From IMG/VR virus record IMGVR_UViG_3300046517_002090: 34,757 bases of DNA, one strand, 5' to 3'. The position numbers were made by a program, and so were the translations under genes. The notes beneath the pieces were generated by a model, which saw only the letters and a list, made by a program, of their open reading frames with translations, searched no databases and was not told the DNA's origin. This document shows positions 25,329 to 31,577 of the stretch, in pieces. This stretch comes from a virus. Numbering within the stretch: the first letter of the stretch is position 1; every line of letters starts with the position of its first letter.

Positions 25329-25574
25329 ATGTCCAGAACACTAAAAGAACCGACTTCTTGTAGATCGATAAGAATGAATGCACGTACAATCAGTAGGTTA
25401 ATGGCAGCGAGTAGATATTTTTGTTGCCCACCTGGAACTTTAATATCTTTATTATTAGATGCTACCAGACTTTCAGCGATCAAGAACTCTAACATTCCCG
25501 ATGAAATTGTATCTAATTTCTACAAGGAAGTACAGGGCTATGCGGATACAGAGACATATTTATTTAAGGATTGA
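25329..25574 (+). CDS. Hypothetical early protein (81 aa; alternative start at 25374)
   Basis: ORF track. Its stop overlaps the exonuclease start region. Weak SD AGGT. Confidence 0.3.
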   Translation: MSRTLKEPTSCRSIRMNARTISRLMAASRYFCCPPGTLISLLLDATRLSAIKNSNIPDEIVSNFYKEVQGYADTETYLFKD

Positions 25575-25576
25575 TC

Positions 25577-26503
25577 ATGGCGCTTACAATACAACAACGT
25601 ATCGACCGTAGATTAGGCGTTGGTGGCTCCGATATCGCAGCTATCTTAGGCATTAGTAGGTATAGCACTCCTCTTGATATATATTTAGAGAAGCTTTCTA
25701 CAGATGAACCCCAAGATAGCGTAGATAACCAGTTTATAGAGTGGGGCAACCGCTTAGAATCAGTCATCATAGAGAAGTTTGAAGATCTAACAGGTATCAA
25801 ATGCGCTACGGGACTTGATACTTTTATTCATCCAACATATACTTATATGAGAGCTAACATTGATGCGAAGTTAATAGGTGAAAACGCTATACTGGAATGT
25901 AAAACAGCTGGGCAATTCGCTAGTAAGGAATGGTCTACACTTGGTGGAGATAATATTCCTGAGCCTTATTTACTGCAGTGCGCTTATTATGCTGAAATTA
26001 CAGAATGCACTAAAGTATATATCGCGGTACTTATAGGTGGTAATGACTTTAGAATATATAGTTATGATCGTAATCCTGCTCTTGGCAAGCTTATTGTTGC
26101 CAAGGTCGTAGACTTTTGGGAAGGACATGTTTTAAAACAAATTCCACCAGATCCCATAAATCACGAAGATGCTCTAAAATTATGGCGCACCACAGAATCA
26201 GATGAATTGAGATTAGCCACTGATGAGATTCTAGACGTACTGAAAGAAGTACGTTCTTTGAAAGCTGATAAACATAATATAGAAGTCCAACTAGGCCTAA
26301 AGCAAATGGAGTTATATAATTTCATGCAATCAGCTCAACAGATCAATTCTCAAAGCGGTGATCCATTAGTAACTTGGAAAATGCAATCTAGCAAACGCTT
26401 CGATGCCAAACGCTTTATGATCGAACATCCAGAGATGTATAATCTATACATAAAGACTTCAGAAACACGCGTATTAAGAATTAAAGGAGATAAGAATGAT
26501 TAG
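25577..26503 (+). CDS. YqaJ-family (lambda Exo-like) recombination exonuclease
   Basis: GVGGSDIAAILGISRYSTPLDIY..., ANIDAKL...ILECKTA (PD-(D/E)XK) and YLLQCAYYAEI. ATG 25577 has SD AAGGA 6 nt upstream. The track start at 25571 is TTG. Confidence 0.8.
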   Translation: MALTIQQRIDRRLGVGGSDIAAILGISRYSTPLDIYLEKLSTDEPQDSVDNQFIEWGNRLESVIIEKFEDLTGIKCATGLDTFIHPTYTYMRANIDAKLIGENAILECKTAGQFASKEWSTLGGDNIPEPYLLQCAYYAEITECTKVYIAVLIGGNDFRIYSYDRNPALGKLIVAKVVDFWEGHVLKQIPPDPINHEDALKLWRTTESDELRLATDEILDVLKEVRSLKADKHNIEVQLGLKQMELYNFMQSAQQINSQSGDPLVTWKMQSSKRFDAKRFMIEHPEMYNLYIKTSETRVLRIKGDKND

Positions 26504-27098
26504 GACTCCAAAGCAAATTGAGAGCCAAGTTGTAAAGGATTATAATGATGGAATGAAATTCAAAGACATCATCTCCAAATATCCTTTAGGGCATTCCACG
26601 ATAGATAGCATCTTAAAAAGAAATAAGGACATGGTGATTAAGAGGAAAGAGATCAATACCCCTCTTATTAGGTTTATGAGATCTTACATAGATAATGGGA
26701 TAGACGAATGCTTCATTTGGAATGGGCAAAGATTTAGAAATGGATATGGCCGCTTTGAAGTAAAAAAACGTTACTATTTAGCACATAGGATTTCATATGA
26801 GCATTACTATGGATATAAGCCATTGCCAAAAGAGGTAGTAATGCATAAATGCGATAATCCGTGCTGCGTTAACCCTTTGCATCTAGCACTTGGCTCACAA
26901 AGCGATAATATCCAAGATATGCTTAACAAAGGTAGAGCTGCTTTTGGTGAGAAGGCCAATAGAAAAAAGCTTAAAGTTGCTGATGTACTAGAGATACGTA
27001 AATCTACCGATACACAAATAGCTTTGGCAAAAAAATATAATGTTAGCAGAGCTGCTATATACAAGATTAAAGCAAACAAAAACTGGAGATACTTATGA
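26496..27098 (+). CDS. HNH homing-type endonuclease with flanking HTH modules
   Basis: CFIWNGQRFRNGYGRF...AHRISYEHYYG...VMHKCDNPCCVNPLHLALGSQSDNIQDM (HNH_3-like). ATGA overlaps with both neighbouring genes. Confidence 0.8.
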   Translation: MIRTPKQIESQVVKDYNDGMKFKDIISKYPLGHSTIDSILKRNKDMVIKRKEINTPLIRFMRSYIDNGIDECFIWNGQRFRNGYGRFEVKKRYYLAHRISYEHYYGYKPLPKEVVMHKCDNPCCVNPLHLALGSQSDNIQDMLNKGRAAFGEKANRKKLKVADVLEIRKSTDTQIALAKKYNVSRAAIYKIKANKNWRYL

Positions 27099-27937
27099 GT
27101 AATATTACAAAAACAGAAACATTTTCTTTCGTGCCTAGGAATTTAGAAGAGGCGATGAAATATGCTGAAATGATGTCTAAAAGTCAATTGGTTCCTAAAA
27201 GCTATCAGACTAAGCCTGCAGATATATTGATAGCTGTACAAATGGGCATGGAACTAGGCCTCAAACCCATTCAATCCCTGCAAAACATCGCAGTAATCAA
27301 TGGCAAGCCTTGTATCTATGGTGATGCATGTATGGCATTAGTAAAAATCCATCCTGAATTTGAAGATGTAACAGAACACTTTGATGAATCCTTGCAAGCT
27401 GCTATCTGTAAAGTAAAACGCCGCGGTCAAACCGTACATACTAGTGTCTTTACCATAGAAGATGCAAAGAAAGCCGGCTTATGGAATAGACAAGGGCCAT
27501 GGACTCAATACCCAAGACGTATGTTGCAAATGCGTGCCAGAGGCTTTGCGTTAAGAGATGCGTTCCCTGATGCGCTACAAGGATTGATACTTGCTGAAGA
27601 AGCTCATGATCATCCACGCGAAGTAGAAACTATAGGAGAATCAAAGACTTACACTTCCACTACTGAAAAACTCATCGCAAATCTAGGATCAGCAAAACAT
27701 ATGCCAATTCCTGAAGATGCAATAATCCAAAGTGACCCAACTAATGGAGTTATAGTAGAAGCTGAAATTATGCCCGAAGTCTCTCTAGCTGAACAGCTCA
27801 CTATACTTATAGATGATAAAGCGGTGCCGATAGAAGTTATACAGAAGTGGCTTAGCAAATCTGGTGTAGCTAAACTATCGGATATGTCAGATGAAGATTT
27901 AACCAAGTGCATTGCGTTTGTGCATGAGAAGTATTAA
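27095..27937 (+). CDS. recT: RecT-family single-strand annealing protein
   Basis: ...MSKSQLVPKSYQTKPADILIAVQMGMELGLKPIQSLQNIAVINGKPCIYGDA... is typical of RecT. Paired with the YqaJ exonuclease. Confidence 0.8.
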   Translation: MSNITKTETFSFVPRNLEEAMKYAEMMSKSQLVPKSYQTKPADILIAVQMGMELGLKPIQSLQNIAVINGKPCIYGDACMALVKIHPEFEDVTEHFDESLQAAICKVKRRGQTVHTSVFTIEDAKKAGLWNRQGPWTQYPRRMLQMRARGFALRDAFPDALQGLILAEEAHDHPREVETIGESKTYTSTTEKLIANLGSAKHMPIPEDAIIQSDPTNGVIVEAEIMPEVSLAEQLTILIDDKAVPIEVIQKWLSKSGVAKLSDMSDEDLTKCIAFVHEKY

Positions 27938-27948
27938 AAGAACAAACT

Positions 27949-28038
27949 GGAGAGGTGGCCGAGTGGTTTATGGCTGCAGTCTTGAAAACTGCCGTATGGG
28001 CAACCGTACCGTGAGTTCGAATCTCACTCTCTCCGCCA
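27949..28038 (+). tRNA. tRNA-Ser: tRNA-Ser (anticodon UGA), class II, CCA encoded
   Basis: Manual fold. Acceptor GGAGAGG/TCTCTCC. 3-bp D stem GCC/GGC. Anticodon stem GCAGT/ACTGC with loop CTTGAAA. Long variable arm GTATGG-GCAA-CCGTAC. T arm GTGAG-TTCGAAT-CTCAC. Discriminator G plus CCA. Confidence 0.85.
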
Positions 28039-28042
28039 AATT

Positions 28043-28480
28043 ATGGAAAAGTATATGAGTGATAATCAATATCGTCTTAATAGAAAACACAAAATAGAGC
28101 TTAGCAAATATGAATATCAATATTTACTAGAATATTTAGAAGCCATGAAGAATATCTTTTTACAATGCAAGGTGCATCCTGCAAGACTTGGCGATGTAAT
28201 AGATGTGATTCAAGCAATTAGAGCTAATACATATGAGATAGAGCAGCCGATTCAATGCAAGGAAATAATCATTGATAAAGATACTGTGAAAGCGGCCCTT
28301 CCTGAAACTGGTTATCTAAGACAAGCCCAAGTCTTAAGATTAATACCTGTAGGTAAAAGCACATGGTGGAATGGTATAAAGTCAGGTCGCTTTCCGAAAG
28401 GAGTGAATCTAGGTGGCAGGGTAACTGCTTGGAAAGTAGAAGACATTCGAGAATTAATAGAAAAGCTTAACAATCAATAA
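28043..28480 (+). CDS. AlpA-like (excisionase/regulator-type) HTH protein with an N-terminal extension (145 aa)
   Basis: The C-terminal ...YLRQAQVLRLIPVGKSTWWNGIKSGRFPKGVNLGGRVTAWKVEDIRELI matches the AlpA / prophage CP4-57 regulatory family pattern. Confidence 0.6.
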   Translation: MEKYMSDNQYRLNRKHKIELSKYEYQYLLEYLEAMKNIFLQCKVHPARLGDVIDVIQAIRANTYEIEQPIQCKEIIIDKDTVKAALPETGYLRQAQVLRLIPVGKSTWWNGIKSGRFPKGVNLGGRVTAWKVEDIRELIEKLNNQ

Positions 28481-28494
28481 CTTAGGAGATTGAA

Positions 28495-28716
28495 ATGAAG
28501 CCAAAATTTGCATGTCGATTTTATGATAATGATTCGGTAGCATATGTTAAATATACTTATACTCTCAGAGCTGGGTGTACAGATAGTTATGAAGAACATA
28601 GAGAAATCTTTTTTACACAATTAGGCTCTAATAGGACGTTTCAAAAATATAGCGAAGTGATTATAACTAAAGGCGACTATAAAAAAGCAAAAGCTAATGA
28701 GATTATAATTTTATAA
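28495..28716 (+). CDS. Hypothetical protein (73 aa)
   Basis: Strong SD AGGAG lies 6 nt upstream of the ATG. Confidence 0.55.
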   Translation: MKPKFACRFYDNDSVAYVKYTYTLRAGCTDSYEEHREIFFTQLGSNRTFQKYSEVIITKGDYKKAKANEIIIL

Positions 28717-28733
28717 TTATCAATAACTTAGAT

Positions 28734-28757
28734 CATTTTGTCGGCGCCGACAAAATG
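28734..28757. terminator. Perfect 24-bp palindrome CATTTTGTCGGC|GCCGACAAAATG
   Basis: Seen directly, 17 nt after the stop of 28495..28716. Could be a terminator or a protein-binding site. AAAATGGTTC recurs at 28786-28795. Confidence 0.5.
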
Positions 28758-28773
28758 GTTCTCCACCATCTCC

Positions 28774-28801
28774 TTGACGCCACGAAAATGGTTCATATAC
28801 T
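28774..28801 (+). promoter_or_regulatory. Promoter TTGACG-16-TATACT immediately upstream of the ankyrin gene
   Basis: Hexamers at 28774..28779 and 28796..28801. The predicted start site coincides with ATG 28808, so the mRNA may be leaderless. Confidence 0.45.
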
Positions 28802-28807
28802 TAATTT

Positions 28808-29254
28808 ATGATTCCAATACATGGGTACTTCTACATGATTGAAAAAACTCCATTAATGCTCGCTGTTACTAAAGGAGCTCTTTTTGATGTATATAATTTA
28901 TTAGAAAATGCAGTGGATATTCATACTTTTGACTTGAATGGTAATACAGCTTTACATCATTGCATTATGACTCCTCAAGGAAGCATAGGAGCAAGATTAA
29001 GTCTTAAAATCTCTGGTTTGCTCATACAATATGGCGCCGATCCAAATGATCGCAATATCAATGGGTTAAGCTGTTACGATCTATGCGATTCGAATGCTTT
29101 TAAAACTTTCATAGAAAACTTACATGAAGATTATAGAACGCAATTAGCTTCTACTAATATTCCCTTATCTAAGGTGGGTTCTAAATTACAAGGATTAGAG
29201 AATATTAAGATGTCGTCGCATCAGGAAGAAAGGATTATCTTCTTTAGTCAGTAA
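28808..29254 (+). CDS. Ankyrin-repeat protein (148 aa; alternative start at 28835)
   Basis: TPLMLAVTKGALFDVYNLLENAVDIHTFDLNGNTALHHCIM ... LLIQYGADPNDRNINGLSCYDLC are ANK repeat signatures. Confidence 0.75.
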   Translation: MIPIHGYFYMIEKTPLMLAVTKGALFDVYNLLENAVDIHTFDLNGNTALHHCIMTPQGSIGARLSLKISGLLIQYGADPNDRNINGLSCYDLCDSNAFKTFIENLHEDYRTQLASTNIPLSKVGSKLQGLENIKMSSHQEERIIFFSQ

Positions 29255-29312
29255 TGTAATTATTACATCAAGTAAAGTCCTTAATGTAATTTGGTGCGTT
29301 TTTTACATTAAG
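29254..29312. terminator. Two AT-rich hairpins sharing a TAATGTAA motif, 3' of the ankyrin gene
   Basis: ATGTAAT-T-ATTACAT (29254..29268), and CTTAATGTAA-(13 nt)-TTACATTAAG (29280..29312). Confidence 0.45.
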
Positions 29313-29450
29313 CAATAGGCCGGAATTGCACCGGCTAGATATGTCTTAGGACGGTAGGCTTGCAAAAGGGCAACCGTATCATATCTCGTTAATAGCTCAC
29401 TTTTCTTAGCCTTTCCACTTATGCGCTTCTCTGTCAGCACCGCTATTGCT
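29311..29450. ncRNA. Structured GC-enriched intergenic element (strand unknown)
   Basis: Closing helix AGCAATAG/CTATTGCT (29311..29318 with 29443..29450). Hairpin GCCGG-7-CCGGC (29319..29335). Long hairpin GATATG...ACGG...TTGC-AAAAGG-GCAA CCGT...CATATC (29338..29385). No ORF. Lies between convergent genes. Confidence 0.3.
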
Positions 29451-29502
29451 ATAGTTAAGATATACTAATTCAAGCTACTTAGGAATTATTTATGACTAGG
29501 TA

Positions 29503-29733
29503 TTATTTCTCTATTTCATCTTTAAGACTTTCTACAACCGCTTCAAAATGCGATGCACTAATAATCGTCACATACTTTCCATCACTATTAGATCCTTTGC
29601 CAAGAAATATTATGGGTTCATCATTGGCTAATATAGGCATATCTTGATCTAGCTTCTGTAGAGTCTCGATCATTCCTTTAACGGTTGGAGTAGTATTCAT
29701 TGTATTTTCTATAAGCTCAACTTGATCAGTCAT
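29503..29733 (-). CDS. Hypothetical small protein (76 aa)
   Basis: SD AGGAG lies 5 nt upstream. Monocistronic, between hairpins. Confidence 0.55.
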   Translation of the reverse strand: MTDQVELIENTMNTTPTVKGMIETLQKLDQDMPILANDEPIIFLGKGSNSDGKYVTIISASHFEAVVESLKDEIEK

Positions 29734-30049
29734 TATTTCTCCTAAATATTTAACTCTAATAATAGATTAGAGATTAGTTTCTATTCTATATACTACATCT
29801 AGCATAATACTAATATATTCGAATAGACCTCTTTACAATTATGAGCAATCTATTTCCTATCGAATTCCACTCTCACTATAAAATAACACATCTCTATATC
29901 CGAAACCAGTTGCCGAAACAGAAAGTGTGTGATACATTGCCAAAAGAGGTTACGGATACAGATATAAGCGACGCTGACTTGGATGGGTACAATCTAAGAT
30001 GCCATATGGAACTTTGGCTTATTTCATAACACTCTACAAGCTTGGCTGT

Positions 30050-30119
30050 TGGTATATAGTTTAATTGGTAGAATGGTGCTTTTGAGCACTAGATGCGAGT
30101 TCGAGTCTTGCTGTGCCAA
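30050..30119 (+). tRNA. tRNA-like gene (70 nt) with canonical acceptor, D and T arms but a shortened, non-canonical anticodon arm; identity unclear (UUU/UUG-like)
   Basis: Acceptor TGGTATA/TGTGCCA (two G.U pairs). U8. D arm GTTT-AATTGGTA-GAAT with A14, G18, G19 and A21. T arm GCGAG-TTCGAGT-CTTGC. Discriminator A. The anticodon region GGTGCTTTTGAGCACT folds only as 6 bp + UUUG, 5 bp + 6-nt loop, or 4 bp + 8-nt loop. Flanking CTGT/ACAG extends the acceptor helix to 11 bp (30046..30122). Confidence 0.5.
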
Positions 30120-30144
30120 CAGTTTTAACATTTAGGAGAAAGAA

Positions 30145-30408
30145 ATGATCGATACACATAAAGAAATTATATTTTTAGTAAAAGAACGGAAATGGAAACA
30201 AGATAAAGCTGAGGATGTTGTGAATCTTTTTCAACGTCAAGCTGAGAAAGGGTATGAGAGTTTGGCTACTAAAGCTGATCTGGCAGACCTTAAAGGAGAA
30301 ATAAAAACCTTGAATATGAAGATTACAATGTTTATGTGGTTTATCGCAATAGTAGTGGCTCTATTAGAATGTGCACCATATATCATGAAAATTGTGACTA
30401 AGGGATAA
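30145..30408 (+). CDS. Coiled-coil protein with a C-terminal TM helix (87 aa; DUF1640/XhlA-like)
   Basis: SD AGGAG upstream. ...LATKADLADLKGEIKTLNMKITMFMWFIAIVVALL... Its stop is 2 nt before the recombinase ATG. Confidence 0.6.
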   Translation: MIDTHKEIIFLVKERKWKQDKAEDVVNLFQRQAEKGYESLATKADLADLKGEIKTLNMKITMFMWFIAIVVALLECAPYIMKIVTKG

Positions 30409-30410
30409 TA

Positions 30411-30974
30411 ATGAAAATAGGCTACGCACGCATCTCCACCAAAGATCAAAACCTCGAAGGCCAAATTGAGACTTTAAAGCAAGCTGGCTGCGATAGAATC
30501 TTTAGCGAACAAGTATCTGGGCGTAAAGCCCGGATGCCAGAATTTGATAACTGTATGGCGTTTCTACGTGAGGGAGATTCTTTAGTAGTAAGGCATATAG
30601 ACCGGCTTAACCGCGGCACTCTAGAATTGCTTATGCTATATGAAGAGTTAAAGCAACGTAAGATAACGCTCATATCGGTACTGCAACCTGTGGATTTTAG
30701 TGATCCTACGCTAGGCAAACTTTTCTTCCAGATCTTTAGCATGTTCGCTGAATGTGAACATAACATTGCTTCAGAACGGAGCTACGATGGTATGATGAGA
30801 GCTAGGGAGCGTGGCGGCCCACATGGACGACCACCTAAATTAACTCCAGAAAAACAAGGTTTGCTATGTGATGCATATCAGACTAAAAAGCATACTATAA
30901 AGGAGCTAGCCCGCATGTTCGATGTAGGCACTTCAGCTATAATGCGATATACACAGGAGTTTAGACATGGATGA
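30411..30974 (+). CDS. Small serine recombinase, Gin/Hin/Cin invertase-like (187 aa)
   Basis: MKIGYARISTKDQNLEGQ (catalytic Ser motif), DSLVVRHIDRLNRG, and GRPPKLT followed by a C-terminal HTH (IKELARMFDVGTSAIMRY). Confidence 0.85.
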   Translation: MKIGYARISTKDQNLEGQIETLKQAGCDRIFSEQVSGRKARMPEFDNCMAFLREGDSLVVRHIDRLNRGTLELLMLYEELKQRKITLISVLQPVDFSDPTLGKLFFQIFSMFAECEHNIASERSYDGMMRARERGGPHGRPPKLTPEKQGLLCDAYQTKKHTIKELARMFDVGTSAIMRYTQEFRHG

Positions 30975-31224
30975 AGAATTTTCAGAAGAAGAAATTGCCG
31001 AAATAAATGAAGCTTGGGAATCAATCGCTAATGATAGAATGGGAATGGATCTTGCTATTTTATTATCAGTACAAAGTATCGCAAGATTTCAGACAAACTT
31101 GAGTATCTCTCATAAAATAATACAAATGGAAGTTTGGATGGAAGGAATAAAATGTTTACGAAATACTTTAAATCGCTCAATGCCTTCAAATCAGGAGGCA
31201 TCAGATGATCAAGAAATACACTAA
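30967..31224 (+). CDS. Highly acidic small protein (85 aa)
   Basis: ORF track. Overlaps the recombinase stop by 8 nt. MDEEFSEEEIAEINEAWE... and ...EASDDQEIH. Confidence 0.55.
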   Translation: MDEEFSEEEIAEINEAWESIANDRMGMDLAILLSVQSIARFQTNLSISHKIIQMEVWMEGIKCLRNTLNRSMPSNQEASDDQEIH

Positions 31225-31513
31225 AACACAAAAAGAAGCTCTAAATGCTTTTAAAACTTATATCACATCATTAGAATATGGATCTACCTTTGCTGCATTA
31301 GCTAGTATGCAGATCAAAATGTATACTGAAGATATGAATGATGAAGAAAGTCTAGATTTAATGAAAATATGGTGCGGCGCATTTATGGAGTTAATGTGCA
31401 ATTTAATACATGATGATTTCGAAGAGGATTTCGGATCTTTATTGGATAATATGAGTGATGCTTTTCCAGAAGATTTCCGTAAAATCTCATTGAAAGATAC
31501 AAAATTGCATTAA
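31205..31513 (+). CDS. Highly acidic small protein (102 aa)
   Basis: ORF track. D/E-rich (…EDMNDEESLDL…HDDFEEDFGSLLDNMSDAFPEDF…). Confidence 0.55.
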   Translation: MIKKYTKTQKEALNAFKTYITSLEYGSTFAALASMQIKMYTEDMNDEESLDLMKIWCGAFMELMCNLIHDDFEEDFGSLLDNMSDAFPEDFRKISLKDTKLH

Positions 31514-31551
31514 TCATGATCCATGCAATAACATTACTAGGAATGGCGATC

Positions 31552-31566
31552 ATATACTTAGTATAT
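31552..31566. terminator. Palindrome ATATACT-T-AGTATAT between convergent operons
   Basis: Seen directly. AT-rich, and lies between 31513 (+) and 31578 (-). Confidence 0.3.
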
Positions 31567-31577
31567 AAAGGCTGCAA

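Noticed and set aside
29787-29795. The 9-nt sequence TATATACTA, present in inverted orientation at 31559..31567. The pair would bracket the whole plus-strand recombinase block as possible crossover sites.
   Set aside because: An AT-rich 9-mer match is expected by chance in about 69 kb of two-strand AT-rich sequence, and there is no extended dyad symmetry at the left copy. It is noted only as something to test with read orientation data.
29841-30029. A 62-aa ORF upstream of the tRNA-like gene
   Set aside because: It has no SD and an unremarkable composition. The region is more plausibly the promoter and leader of the tRNA-like/recombinase operon. It contains a CCGAAAC direct repeat at 29901-29920 of unknown meaning.
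31383-31577. A 64-aa minus-strand ORF that would extend the late operon
   Set aside because: It overlaps the better-supported plus-strand acidic protein gene 31205..31513 and has a hydrophobic, low-complexity antisense composition.
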